DNA of 64,000 nt from Naegleria gruberi (taxonomy: Eukaryota), in NCBI GenBank assembly GCA_000004985.1, contig GG738846.1, one strand, 5' to 3'. Below the pieces are notes generated by a model. It was not told the DNA's origin and did not search any database. It saw nothing but the letters and a program-made list of their open reading frames with translations. Positions 10,578-24,300 of the stretch are shown one piece after another. The first letter of the stretch is position 1; each line of letters begins with the position of its first letter. The translations under genes were made by a program, and so were the position numbers.

Positions 10578-11812
10578 TTAATCAGCATACAATACCAGAG
10601 CAACACGTTCCTTATAAACTTGTCTAACATTTTCAATAACAGATTCAGAAGCAAAAATTCCACCAATAGACTCTTCTACAATTCTAATCAATTCAAAAAG
10701 TGAAGCATTAACCTCTCCACTTGGTTCAAACTTTAATTCATGTCTCTCATTATGAATTTTATCAATAATTTGAATAGCTTGTAAATATTCCTTTTCTAAA
10801 CTAGTTTGAAACACTCCTCTGTCATCTGTATTGATTGAAATTGGATGATTTGAGAGGTAGTACATGACTAATGGATGTTCATGGAGATTATTCACTGATT
10901 TACTCATCAAGTTTGATGTTAAATTAATTTCAACTGGAATTTTTTCAAAGAGACTATCGTCCTCCTTATCATAATAATTGTCAACTTTTAAAATTTGTTT
11001 CAATTCGTCATTCAAACAAACTCCATGTCCCAATCTGAATTTTAACTTTCCAACAAATTTGCTACAATGTTGTAACATTAATTTTGATTCTTCATAATTA
11101 TCAATTTCTGCAAAATGAATAGTTTGGTGCATATTACACTCTTCGAATAACTTTAAGAATGCAGAAAAGTTTCCTTTAAAATTTTAAACTTTCTAAATAT
11201 TTTCAAGAAGAGTAACCTACCTTTATAAGGATTTCCAGAAAGATCCAATCCAACAATACCACTACTTTTAAATATTTTTCCATTATTAATTTGCTCCTTT
11301 CTTTCATTTACAAGTTCTTGCATGACATTTACTGTTTCTCTTGCAAGTTCAATATTTTCTTCCCTGTTGACACTTACAAGCAAGCCTACATCAACAAAAT
11401 TATGTTCCCTTGTATTTAAAAAGTTTTCAATAGTGTCAATAACACATTGTAAATATTGTTTCTTTGTATAATTTGCATCACTTTTTGGAGTTGTTCTCAA
11501 TTCCAAATAAATAGTATTTTCATTGTCGTAATCTTCTAGTATTTCGGTTGTGATTCGTTCTAATATTCTCAAATCTCCACAAGTTACAGAATTGATTATT
11601 TTAAATATGTCAAAACATTGTTTTAAATTTCTATTATCTCCTTCAGTTAATTTGACTTGGGTGATGATTTCTTCAGGATTTGGATAAATTTCTGGATGTA
11701 ATTTAATTAATTCATAAATTGTATCGGAACGAATACATCCTCCAATATGTGTATGAAGATCAATCTTTGGGAGAAGTTGAATGATGGCTCTGATTCGTTT
11801 CTCATCTAACAT
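10578..11812 (-). CDS. ADAL: Adenosine deaminase-like protein (ADAL / N6-methyl-AMP deaminase family), two exons: join(10578..11173,11221..11812) on the minus strand
   Basis: Exon 1 encodes LPKIDLHTHIGG... and ...VGLDLSGNPYKG (ADA motifs HxHLxG and G-DL-G). The donor is AAAG|GTAGGT and the 47-nt intron ends ...ttaaag. Exon 2 encodes GNFSAFLKLFEECNMHQTIHFAEI...RLGHGV...EINLTSN...SINTDD (the HAGE, GHG and SxNTDDP equivalents). About 396 aa. Confidence 0.75.
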
Positions 11813-11895
11813 TTTATAAAAAGATATTTTTTAATCTGATTATTACTTTTCAACATTGCACATTCTTGCATAGATTTGAATTTACATTTTAAAAA
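11813..11895. promoter_or_regulatory. 83-bp bidirectional promoter region between divergent ADAL (minus) and CDC123 (plus)
   Basis: Only 83 A/T-rich bp separate the two start codons, which are in opposite orientation. Confidence 0.35.
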
Positions 11896-12969
11896 ATGTT
11901 AGAAAACAATGAAGAACTTTGTTTACCAACTCCTCTCCCTTCCAATAAAAAGTATCAGAGTAATCTTTCGGAAATTTTGTTATTTAATTTTGAAGAGTGG
12001 TTTTTACTATTAGATAAACTTTCCTCCAGAGAGAAAGAATTTAAAGGATTTTGGGCCCAAAATGTTATTTCATTTGAGTTATCCCAAAATGAAATGGTTG
12101 CCATTACAATGGCCTATCAAAGACTTCACTTGGGAGAAGATTTTACAGATCTCATCAACAAATATTTACATAACTTGAAAGAAAGGCTTGATCAAGCTTT
12201 ATTGAATGAAACCATTTCATACTTTGTTAGATGTGGACCGAGATCCCCTAAAGATTCTAGAGGTAAGTTAAAACACAAACCGTCGTTAATGGTTTTCACA
12301 GGAGGTATTCCAGAAATTTCATTTTCAACTCAAGTACTAAATCTACTAATCGAATCAGAGAGAGTATTCAAAGATATTCACCTCTACTTGGAAAATAGAA
12401 CAGAATTATTAGAGAGAAACAAGTATAACTTTTTTGTACACTTAATACCATGGAGAAATTTCAAGAAGGAAAATGAATTGAGATGTTTTTTCTTTAAGAA
12501 AAATCTTGTAGCCATCACTCAATATGACGTTCAACTCAACTACCCATTCAAAGGAAAGGAGAATATTTGTGTTAAAATCATTCAAAAATTAATGAATATG
12601 CATCATGGAATTTTGAAAAGTGTAATTCCTTATGAAAATTTTGTAATGGATGTTGAAATTTCGACAGATACCAATAGTATATACATTATTGAATTTAATC
12701 CCTATGGGAAAGATGGCACAACTGGACCAGTCCATTTCAATTGGAAACAGGATGAAAATATTCTCTTTCCTGAAACTTTCAATAATGATGTTCACTTTAG
12801 ATTTTCCCCTCATTTAACATCTAGATTTGAGGAAATTGTTATACATTCCTCAAACTACTCACTTGACAATTTCCTAATCAAACCATTTCCTAAACATGAA
12901 AGTAAGGTAATTTCTAATTTTTCTCTTCCTAAGGAGGTGAGTGAAAGTTTTCTTGAGTTTTTACAATAA
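11896..12969 (+). CDS. CDC123: CDC123 (cell division cycle protein 123 / D123) homolog
   Basis: 357-aa ORF. It carries the D123-family signatures YFVRCGPRSPKD (compare FVRLxSRSPKD) and ELRCFFFKKNLVAITQ (compare EFRCFV..kL.gISQ). Confidence 0.7.
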   Translation: MLENNEELCLPTPLPSNKKYQSNLSEILLFNFEEWFLLLDKLSSREKEFKGFWAQNVISFELSQNEMVAITMAYQRLHLGEDFTDLINKYLHNLKERLDQALLNETISYFVRCGPRSPKDSRGKLKHKPSLMVFTGGIPEISFSTQVLNLLIESERVFKDIHLYLENRTELLERNKYNFFVHLIPWRNFKKENELRCFFFKKNLVAITQYDVQLNYPFKGKENICVKIIQKLMNMHHGILKSVIPYENFVMDVEISTDTNSIYIIEFNPYGKDGTTGPVHFNWKQDENILFPETFNNDVHFRFSPHLTSRFEEIVIHSSNYSLDNFLIKPFPKHESKVISNFSLPKEVSESFLEFLQ

Positions 12970-13059
12970 AAGTTTATCTAAGATTTAGAATTTTTTTATA
13001 ATTGTAATAATAAATGTTTAGAATTTTCAAAATTTCCTTATTAATTATTTATAAAATTT

Positions 13060-14259
13060 TTATTGTTGAGATTTCTTTTTTTGCAAAATTTCATTTTCCA
13101 CTCTAAGTTTTTGAATGAGAGCCTTCTTCTTTTCAACTTGAGATTTAAGATGGCCTTCCAATTGAGCCTTTTCCTTTCTAACAGTTGTACGTGGATTCTT
13201 ACCGTTCTTTTCTGGTGGAATCCATTCAATAGTACCAGTCGTACTAATATTCTTAGCCAAGTTATCAAGATAGTATTTGGTATTATCGATTTGTTGAGAT
13301 TTAGTCAACATAATTTCTGTACGTTCCCTCAAATTGTGTTTTGTTGTTACATTTGGAAGTTCAATTTGATTCAAAAGATTTCCTTGTTCTAGAGAACCAC
13401 CAGTGTATGAAAGTAATCCCAAGAAACGAGCCTTCTTAACTTCAGTTTCAATTCTCTTGTGAGTTCTTCTACGAACACCAGTAAATCTCTTTGGAATGAT
13501 ACGACCAGATTGAGAAACAAACTTGAGAAGGAGGGATGGATTCTTATAAGAAATCTTTTCAATGTAATGTTGATTATTACCGAATGGATCTGGTGGACGT
13601 GTCTTAAATTGTGGTAATTGATGCAATTGATATTCCATCATCTTACGATGTTGCATATCATCACCAGTTAATTTACCTTCTCTCCAATCTTGAACAACAT
13701 CAGTGAATTGAGAGATGGTATTCATAAATTCTGTATGACCAGTTGGTGGTTTGTTATATAACCAGCCAGCTGTATTGGCATTTGTTGGAGTCTTTAAATC
13801 ATGATTAAAAACATCGCTGTCGGCTCTTTCTATAAAACGATAATAATCATACCAAGTACTAGCTTGTCCAGACATACTGGAACGTTCTTCGCTTGATTGA
13901 GATTTTGTTTGAGCGTAGAAAGGACTCTCGGGGTTAATTTGTTTAGAAGTACTCTTTCTTGTAGCAGCTTCATAAACATCAGAACCATCATAGTTAGCTC
14001 TTCCACCTCTAATTTTTGTAATATTGTCTTCAATGAGTTTGTGCATATCCTTGGCAGATAACTTCTTTTTAGACAATCTTCTCTTTGCTGCTTCATCCAA
14101 ATGTAAAGTTCTTACGCTATCATTTTTACAAATATTTTGATGGAAGAATTGTTGTTGTTGGCTATTAGAGGTAATAAAAACAACTTGTTGTAAGAGAGGA
14201 GACTTGGTACTGCTTCCCTTCAATGGCACTATTACTGTTGGGAAAACAAGTCTTTTCAT
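13060..14259 (-). CDS. Mitochondrial ribosomal protein bS18m-like (MRPS18/Rsm18) with long extensions
   Basis: 399-aa ORF. It contains the bS18 signature ISYKNPSLLLKFVSQSGRIIPKRFTGVRRRTHKRIETEVKKARFLGLLSY (compare idYKd..lL.rFiserGkIlprRiTG....QRkl..aIKrARflgLLPy). Confidence 0.6.
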   Translation of the reverse strand: MKRLVFPTVIVPLKGSSTKSPLLQQVVFITSNSQQQQFFHQNICKNDSVRTLHLDEAAKRRLSKKKLSAKDMHKLIEDNITKIRGGRANYDGSDVYEAATRKSTSKQINPESPFYAQTKSQSSEERSSMSGQASTWYDYYRFIERADSDVFNHDLKTPTNANTAGWLYNKPPTGHTEFMNTISQFTDVVQDWREGKLTGDDMQHRKMMEYQLHQLPQFKTRPPDPFGNNQHYIEKISYKNPSLLLKFVSQSGRIIPKRFTGVRRRTHKRIETEVKKARFLGLLSYTGGSLEQGNLLNQIELPNVTTKHNLRERTEIMLTKSQQIDNTKYYLDNLAKNISTTGTIEWIPPEKNGKNPRTTVRKEKAQLEGHLKSQVEKKKALIQKLRVENEILQKKKSQQ

Positions 14260-14457
14260 TTTTTTAAAACATTAAAATTTTTTTTAAATTTAATTCCTTG
14301 TTTGCTGTGATTCCTTCGCTTGCTAATGATCTAATTAATATTAATTTCTTTGCTAAATAATAATCATGTTACTAGTAGGAGAAATGGTAAGATATGTTAT
14401 TAATAAAAACAATTTGAATTTTAATAATTATTTTTAATTTTTTATTACCAGTATTGA

Positions 14458-14922
14458 TTACCATTCACTATTTTGATTGGTTGGTTGATAGTTTTGTTGA
14501 AGTCCTCTCTTACATTCATTCAATGTGTCAAAAGCATATTGGCATGAAGAAATATTATTTGATGACTGTTCCAAACATTGAGAGAAAGCTTGCATTTGAG
14601 AGAAACACTTTTGCATTTCTTGTTGAGAATATTGTGGTTGTTCTGAAGAGTCCTTTGATCCACCAGTGAAAGAATCATAGATAGCATGACCAATCATGTT
14701 ACCAACAACAGCACCAGCAATATTTGAAACTAATCCGGAACCCATTCCACCAGAGCTAGCCATTTGTGGTTGAGCAGTTGGTTGTGGAGTGGTATGTGAT
14801 TGGTGTGGAGCTTGTTGTTGTGGGGTTGAAGAATAGTTTCTTTGTGGTGGAGCTTGGGTTTGTGGTTGAGGAGGAGATGACTTTCTGGTTGCGCCAGTGA
14901 ATCTGCTTTTACGTTGGGCCAT
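14458..14922 (-). CDS. CHCH-domain protein of the CHCHD2/CHCHD10/Mix17 family
   Basis: 154 aa. The N-terminus is Q/P-rich. It has a glycine-zipper hydrophobic segment (GSGLVSNIAGAVVGNMIGHAIYDSF). Twin CX9C motifs follow (CFSQMQAFSQC ... CQYAFDTLNEC). Confidence 0.75.
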   Translation of the reverse strand: MAQRKSRFTGATRKSSPPQPQTQAPPQRNYSSTPQQQAPHQSHTTPQPTAQPQMASSGGMGSGLVSNIAGAVVGNMIGHAIYDSFTGGSKDSSEQPQYSQQEMQKCFSQMQAFSQCLEQSSNNISSCQYAFDTLNECKRGLQQNYQPTNQNSEW

Positions 14923-15338
14923 TTTTGTATTAGTTAATATTTTTTTTGATTATTAAATGATTGAGGATCTGGAATCGTGTTTTAAATAACCATTGTTAAA
15001 TTCCGATAAGTGTTATTAATAAACTGTTGGACCAAATCAATTTTGATTAGGCGCATTAATTATTATTGATTTTATTAATGTTCTAAATGAAATACATTCC
15101 GTTTTATTGTTTTATTAATTTCATAATTGTTTACTTTTATTTTTTGTGTGCAAATACAAAACTTTCTTTTATTTATTAATATATTTAAAATTTAACAATT
15201 ATTTTTATTATTGTTATTAGATGCACATAAAGAGAAAAGTTGTTTAACAATATTATTTTATTTAAATAATTTATTATTTAATAATAAAACTTTATATTTG
15301 CACAAACAAAACCCGCCAGTTGCAAAAGTTAGAAAAAA

Positions 15339-18300
15339 ATGAGTGATCATCTGTCTAGTCATCATGCGGCTGGATCGCAAACATCACCATCATCATCAAT
15401 ATTTGAATCATTTTATAGAAAATTCGAATCATTACGGAGGTCTAATGGTATGTAGTGTGATCATTAGGAATATTTTAAACAATGCTAATCCGAACATGTT
15501 GTTATTATTGTTGTTAATATCAAATAGATATAATCAACTTAACAAAAGTCTTAACAGAACTAAGAGACATTCTTGAAAGTGCCTCTCTATCAGAATGCTT
15601 TGAATTTTCTTCTATATTATTACGTCCACTTGTGGAATTTCTCAATGAAGGTACAACACCAAAATTTAAGAAGGATGACAAGGAACATCTTCTCAGACAA
15701 GTAATAATAGAAATTATACAAAAACTTCCACATACAGAGGTTAGTATTGAACTTTAAACTATCAACTAATGTGATTAATAGTTATTTGATGAAAGAGCTG
15801 GGAAAAAAGATGATTTAGTACTTTTAGTCAATTCTCTTATTAATGTCATCAAGACAGATAATGAAATCAATGGAGTGGTGGCTATTAGATTAATAATCGA
15901 AATTCAAAAATGTTTCAAATCAAACATTACAGACTTTGTTCAACCTCTTATTGAAATATTCCTACATTTTTTCGGAAATTTTGAAAAGATTGTTGAGAAA
16001 TATTTAGGAAGAAAACCAAAGAAAAATGCATCAGACCCAACAGTGGAAGGAGAATCATACCCTTTAACAGAATTGGATTTAATACCTTCCATGGATAGTT
16101 GTAAATTAATGTTAGAGTTACCAGTATTTATTATATTCTTCTTCCGTACATTAACAATCAAAGATACAAATAATAATATTTTTATCAAATTGGTTGAAAA
16201 GATGTATGATATTTTAAGATATGAAGTATCAGTTTCTGATTCAGTAATGTCATCTCCATTTGGAAAAGAAAGAGTTGAAGATTTCATGTTATTGAGGGTT
16301 AAAACTATTTCATTTTTGATTTATACCTCTTCTAAATATAAGAATAATGATAATTATACAACGGAAATACCTAGATTTGTTATTAAATGTCTTAGGGAAT
16401 GTCCAGACGAATGTATAGCTCCAAGAAAGGAAATGCTTTCACTAATGAGACATATTGTTGAAAGACAAAATGATGATTCTAATACTATTTGCAAATATTT
16501 TTTACCTTACATGAATGAAATGTTGGATGATACTATTTTAATTGGTAAAAGTAGATCTGCTCAAGAAACAGTAAGATCATCTGCTTATTCAACAGTTCTA
16601 GAAATATTGAAAAATCAATTGAAAAATATTGAATTTTCTCCTTCTAATATTGCTTCATGCATTTTATTTTGTACTAAGGTATTATTTGATTCATCTTTAG
16701 GAATTACAATTCATGGTTTAGCAACAGGATTGCTAGTAGCATTAACTCAAAATGTTTTTGATCAAATAAGAAAGATATCTGGAGTTTCAGATCCATCTGG
16801 TGATGTCTGTGCTGCCTTGTCTGGTATTTCAGAAGAGTCACTTTCACAAATCACCAAATTTAAGGATCATTTGTTGAGTATTATTCAAACATTTGTTCAA
16901 AAGATTAAGTTCATTTCTAATTTTATCAAAAAGATAATACAATATAAGAATATTCAAAAATCTTCAACATTGAACGAAAAGGAACAAACTGATGATATGA
17001 CAATGATTTTACCATTTAGTCCATACAAATCATGTGAAAATTTTAATGATGATATTTCTTATTGCTCCATGATGTTTAAACAAATAATTTTTGGTTTAAA
17101 GTCAACAGTACTTCTATATAATATGATACCAAGAAATGAGAAACAAAAATTCCCAGAATTATCAGTATTATCTAAACTTTTTAGATATGGATTGGATTGT
17201 TTCGATATTTTCAATTTATATTCAGAAGATACAGAATATGGTCAAAAGCAACGAGTATTAGATGAAAAGGAAATATTTAATAACTATTCATCTTTATATA
17301 CATCACTACCTTCGGCTTTATTTACAGAAATATTCAAAACTCAATTTGATTATCTATACAAAAAATTATTAGAAGGAAGAACAATGACATTTATCCATAT
17401 TCCATCAAATATTCTCTCATCTTCTCAACATATTGCTTCAATTCTCTCAGAGATACTCTTAAAATTTTTACTGAAAAGAATGGATAGAATACCAAAAGAT
17501 CGTAAAGAGGCTTATTATATTCACAACCTATACAAATTAGTATTTGGTTCAGTGGTAACATTCCCTAAGAATGAATCTATTTTAAAAAATCAAATGACCT
17601 CGATTGTTACATCATGTTTCAGTTATGCATCTAAATATAAGGATTGTTTAGATTATTATCTAATTTTAAGATCTTTATTCAGTTCAATCCTTACAGCTAA
17701 ATTTGATTTACTTTGCAAGGAATTCAGTCAATTACTTCCAACAGTTTTGGAAAAATTGTCTGATTTGGTAAATAATGCTCATGACAAGGAAACAAGGAAT
17801 ATATTTGTAGAGCTTTGTCTAACAGTTCCTTCCAAGTTACACGTTTTATGCCCTTATCTTTATTTATTAATCAAACCAATACTGTATGCTTTAGAGCCTG
17901 GTTCAAGTGAGAAGGCTGTTAGTGCAGCTTTAAGAAATCTGGATTTGTGGGTTACTAGTTTACGTAATGAATCATTAGAAGCCATTCTTAAACCTGTTAT
18001 ACCAGATTTACTTAAAGCACTATTCTCTCATTTGAAACCTCCTCCATACCCTCATGGATCTGCAGTAATGAAATTATTAGCTAAGTTGGGTGGTAGTCAC
18101 AGACAATATATGAGTGAATTAACTTCAGTTAGTGTCAAGTCACCAAATGCTTTATTCCTAAATATTAATTTTAATTCTAATCAAACGGAATCATTACCAA
18201 TGGATGAATTGGTTGATACTTCAATTGAAATTTGTTTCGATAAGGATCAAGATGTACAAACAAAAAAGAGTGCATTTGATTTTTTGAAAACATCATTACT

Positions 18301-21300
18301 TACTATGATGTCATGTACAGAGCAAAGTCTAGCTATACCAAATGATTTCAAATTTAGTTTTAAACATATTAACCCTAAAAAGTATTTCCACATTTCTGCA
18401 TCATCACCAAAAAGTTGTGATCCCTTCCAAAATATTTTAGATGTTTTGGAGCCAAAAGGATCAATGCTTTATGAAAGTGAAATTGCCATATTTACCAAAA
18501 TTTTGAAAAATATCTTCTTATTTATGAACTATGCTGTAAAGGAAAATCTGGTTGAATGTATAGAATTTACCAAATCCTTGATCAAACACTTTGCAATTTT
18601 ATCAATATTTGTGAATATTAATGTTGAACAAGCTTCAAAGTTTAGAATTAATCCTGATTGGTTCTATGAAGTTTTAATGAGTGTTTTTGAAGAGGATTGT
18701 ACAGAAACATCTCCATCTGTTAATGTAGGAGATTTTATCTTGTACATATTTACAGATTATGTTTATGAATTGTGTGATAATGATGCTGATATGGTAATTC
18801 AATTTGGTATTTGGGAAAGACTTCAATCAAGATTCACCAAATACCTATATCAACCTGAATGGTATAAGAAATGTGTTGGTGCAAAAGGTATAATCTTCTT
18901 AAGTGAAAATATTACACCAGCTTGGTTGGTTCATTATGAAGCTGATATTGTTCGTGCTCTATTCTTTTCACTGAAGAATCAACCTCCACATATGCTTTCT
19001 CATACCAATCAAATAACAATCATGGCAGCAGAGAGTATTATCAAAGCATGTTATAATACAGCTATCTTTGATATTACACATCTTTGCAATGGTCAAATCA
19101 ACGAAAAGATTGTAAAGGTTGATAATGCACCAGATTCTCTTACAGAAGGAGAAGTTGTAGTTCATGTTGAAAAAGTTGGAAGAGAATCTATATTCAGAAA
19201 GCGTTTGATTCTTCATTTGCTTTACACTGAATTGACTAGTACTCAATCTCATATTCGTAGATTGGCTCAATCACTCCTAAGATTATGTTCAGAATTAATG
19301 AACATTCCAGTTCTAGTAATACTTGAAAGGTTTAGACAAGAATTGCCTATTAAAGATGAAAAGCAAGCTAAGGATTTGTCTCAAATTACAGTTATGCTTG
19401 AACTTTTGGTCTTCCAATTGGCAACAAGGGATTCTAATCTTACAGGTTCCACTATTTCTGTAGCGTTTAATAAGGCTTTGACATTACTAAGAAATGATGA
19501 TTATGGGAAGGAGACAAAGGATCAAAAGAAAATTTTCAATGCAAAAATTGTTGCCTTGAAACTAATTAGAGAAGCTGTCGTAAGCAAAGAATTAAGATAT
19601 AATGAAAAAGATCAACTCAAGACAATGATTGAAACATTTTGTAAATTCCTTAACGCTCAGAATAAGGAAGTTGTCACTATTGCTAAAACAGCATTAATAT
19701 CATTCATATCTCAATTTAAAACTCCAAAGGATTCTTTACAACATTCCTTGAGACAAATATCTACAAACTTTCAAAAGCATGCTCACTTTACATTATTATT
19801 CCTTCAAGGAGCCTCATTTTTCCTCAAGTTTAACTCTAACATGCAAGGACTCAAATTTGGTCCTAACTTGCTTGATAACCTTAAGAAATGGCTAGATAAA
19901 TCATCAATCAAGCATATTCAAAATGTTAAAGAAAAACCTCTAGTTGCTGCAGAGATGATATCTTTATTTTCTATTACTGATTCAGCTGAGTTTTTGCCTC
20001 AAATAGTTCCTATGGTTCTTCAATTGGAAGCAGTATGGTCAGACGAAATTAAGAGTTCAAATCCATTTATTGCTCCTCTTGCCAAGTATTTGAACATATA
20101 TTATGAAGATGCTATCAAGTACTTCTTTGATCCAACTAGTGGGTGTTTTGTACTGTCTTCTAAGAGAAACTATCAATTCTTTATGGATATTTTGAAATGC
20201 AGAAAATCTATTGAACTTACAGCTCATTTATTGTCCCAATCTAATATTATTTCCAATTTATTGTCAAACATTACCAAATTAGATTTTTATTCAGATAATT
20301 TTGCTTCAGATCCAAATAATGTTCTGACACTAGTTGGTAGCATTACAAAATTATCTCCAGGTTGGTTTACTAAAAAGAAACCAGTATTCGATGAGATTTT
20401 ACGATTATGGCTTATGAATATCAAGTTTGCCAATAGTTTACACAATAGTAATCAGTCGAACCTAGAAATATCTCCATTGTTAGATGTTCAAATAATTAGG
20501 TTTACAAGAAAGCTTATCAAATTTATTATTAATTATTGTGATTGTAATTCAAATGAGGTTATATCACTCTTTGAAATTGTCAAGGTATTTGGATGTGGGC
20601 TTGTAATGGATTTGACTTTTGTTAAAGATTATTTCAGAACAAAAGTTGGTTTGGAGTATTCCACTGAAAGAAAGGAAGAGATATTACAAAACTTTTGTGC
20701 ATTGTTTAAACGTGATGAAATTTCTTTCCATTTGAAGTCTGATGCACTTAAACATATTGTTATACCAATAGTTAATGGTGCTGCTAAATCTGGTACTGTT
20801 TTTAATGTAAAAATTATGGGAATGTTATTTGAGGAAATTTTGCAAACATTACCACAATCATTAGCCAAGTTAACAGATAAGGAAAAATATTCTTTGAAAG
20901 TTGATTTACTACAACTAGCTACCTTGTTTGTAAAATACTTCCCAAAGTCCCATGTAGAGGCTTGTTGGAAGTCAATTGTAAAATTCTCCTATGAAAATTG
21001 CATTGTGGATGATATTACTACAAATCAATGTGCTTTTGTTTTGATTTCACACCTGATGAACAAGATAGGATTGCCAGCAAAAGTAGTCCAACAGGTATAT
21101 ATTGCATTCTTAAAGGATTGTAAGAAAGATAGCAAATCTCTTGTTTTACCTGCTTTGGATATGATTATTCAACCGGTTAAGGATGCACAATTACCATCTA
21201 ATGATTCTAAATTCCCAACCTGGATTAGAGTTACAAAGAAAACCCTATTGGAAGATTCTCCTTCAGCTATTCAACTCTTAAATATTTGGACAATATTTAT

Positions 21301-24300
21301 TAGACATGCAGATTCATTTTATGAATCAAGAGAGTTTTTCATGTCCAAGATGATAAACTCCCTCTCTAAAATTGGATATTCTTCAATGAATTTGGAGAAT
21401 AAGAAATTATATATACAATTGGTTGATTTAATAATATCTTGGGAAGAGAGGGCAGCTGGTGTTTATCACCCTGAGGATGATAACGACAAGAAGAGAAAAG
21501 TAGAGCAATTGGAACAACAAGACACAAATGGATCAAAGAAGAGAAAAGTAGATGAAGCTAGTTCAGTTCAATCCAATAACGGTCCTGTTGATGTGGACAC
21601 TTTTAGACTTAAGCCTCAATCTAGAAGCATTGTACTTAATTACCTTCTTCGTATGTGTGTATTTGTGAGCTCTTTCCAACCAAGAACAGAAAAACCACAA
21701 ATACTTTACAAAGAATGTATTAGTATCCTTAAAAGAGCTCTTAATTTGTGGAAGGAGGAAACTATTTCATTTAGTCAAATTGAAAAACAATTTCCTAACT
21801 CAGAGGAAGGTTCTTCCACTTTGAATCCAACATCCCTATGTTGTATTCTAGAACTGATGACTTTATTCGTAGAGTTGAATAGAGGAATTATTCAACTAAA
21901 CGCTCAATTTGCTAAAAAGCTCATTCCATTCTTGGCAAACTCAAATATTGATGTTAACAAGAATGCATGTAAATTCTTCAAGACTTTATTACAACATTTT
22001 GATCCTCTAGTTTCAAAAGATACTGACGTTCAGGAGTTTTATTCAGTTATTTGGTCATCAATCAAAGAAACTATTGGTAAATATGCTGGAAAAGAGAATA
22101 CCAATCAAGTAGATAATTTATCACACATTTACACAGTTGTTGTTGGTTCATTTGGCCATTTATTGCTCTTACATATTCTTTGTGACCATTACCAAAATGA
22201 AGAAACAAAACAACAATTTTTTAAACAAGTTTATGGACTTTTAAACAAAATATTGAAGCAAGTTGGACAAGTAGAATGGAAAGATCTTCTTGTTGGTTTT
22301 GTTGAACTTTGTCTATCTTTCCTTGTTGATGGTCATGATCCTGTTGGAAAACACTTCCTCTCTGCTATTATCTTCCTTGTTGAAAAACCTGACATTTTGA
22401 ACATATTCAGTCCTAATCTACTCCATTTAATAATTGATATTGTTTTCCATTTGGTAAAACCAAATCCATCCAATACTATTGTTAGAAGTTATACTCTTCC
22501 ACTTGGAGATGATTTGAAGATGACGAAGTTAGGAAAACGTGCCTACAAAGTACCAGACCTTCAAAAGGTTGGACTTCTCATCAAATTAGTTACACTTTTT
22601 GAGCAAGCTCCTGATGAACTTAATGATTTGAAACGTATTTATTTTACTTTGTTAATGGAAGTTTATCAACAAATGGATGATACCAACTCACCAATATCGA
22701 AGAGAATAGAGTTTTGCTTCATGTCTGGACTCAAGATTGAATCAAAGGATCTCAAAGATATCAAGACTAAATACCTATCTATTTTAAATAGAAAAGTCGA
22801 AAAAACAGCTTTTAAGAGATTGCAGTTTGTGATTGAGAGTTCAAGATGGGAGCCTTTGAGTGATAGATTCTGGATAAAATATGCTCTAGAACTTTTATTA
22901 GAATCAATTAATGGAGAAGAAAAATTGAATTGTGATAAGAATACAGCCAAAATTTCACCAATATCAATTGACTTTGGTAAGAGGGATGGAACAATTTTAA
23001 GAGGATATGAAAGAATATCTTATGCGTTAACGCAACACGAGACGTTTGTTAATACTATTCCAAATTTGAAGTCTATTGATATGATAAACCCACTCAAGGT
23101 ATTAATAAGAGCATCTACAAACATGTCGTTTAAGGCATGGGGAGCCTTTTTCGCAATTGCTTGGAATCAATTAAACATGGAAGAGAAGAGCATTATACAA
23201 GGACAATTACAAAAACTTCTCTCCGTAGAGTATCATTCCAAGCAATATGTCAAATATCCTAATGTTATTCAGGCATTATTACTTGGTGTTAATAATGTGG
23301 TACTTTGTGGAAAATCAGAAGCACCATTCCTATCAATTCATCCAGAAACCCTCAAATTTATTGGTAAATCTTTTAACGCTTGGTCTTTAACTATACCACT
23401 ACTTGAAGAAGAATTGAGAGGAATGCTGAACGTTGGCATTTTTGATGAGAAGACAGAAAAAGTATGCAATTCACTTGCAGAACTTTATAGAGTTTTGAAA
23501 GAGGATGATATTCTTGCTGGAATTTCTAGATCTTGTGACATTACTGATCAAACAAAATTAGTACTTTCCTTAGAACAAAGGAATAATTGGAATGAAGCAC
23601 AAGAGGCACTCAAAGAATTGACTAATGCTTATCACCGTGGCCAAATTAAAAAGAAAGTCACACATACTGAATTGCAATTATGGGAGGAACACTGGTTAAG
23701 TTGTTCCAAGAAACTTCAACAATGGGACGAACTTACTAAATATTCCCAAGCCTCTTCCAATGCCACATCTCTTCTTAGTTTAGAGTGTATGTGGAAGAAT
23801 GGAAATTGGCAACAGATGAAAGAACTTTTCCAAAAGCATGCATCAATGGAAAATCAACTTTTAAAATTCTTCCAAATCAGTTGTTTGATAATGCAAGATA
23901 AGGAAGTTGAAGCTGGTGAAACGTACATTGTTGCACAACAATTAGCTCTTCAACGTTGGTGTGCACTACCATCGTTCATGTGTGGTAATCACACTTTTAT
24001 GTTACATATTTTCCAACAATTGTATGAACTCAATGAGTCTGCTACACTCTTAACTGATACCAAGAAACCAATTTCTACCAATGAGTTGAAAGGTTTTTTG
24101 ACTACTTGGCGTGATAGACTTCCAAACAAATGGGAAGATATAGGTATTTGGAATGATATTTTCACTTGGAGATGTCATATTTTAAAGAAGGCAATCGAAA
24201 GATTTGATCAAAAGGAAGAATTTGCACACCATAGAGCCTTATTATTGAATGAAACCATTTGGTCGTTACACAAATTCTCTAAAATCTCTAGAAAACAAAA

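Noticed and set aside
15343-15576. 77-aa plus-strand ORF (poly-His) overlapping Tra1 exon 1
   Set aside because: It is a different frame of the same strand spanning exon 1, intron 1 and exon 2 of Tra1. The Tra1 frame has ortholog support.
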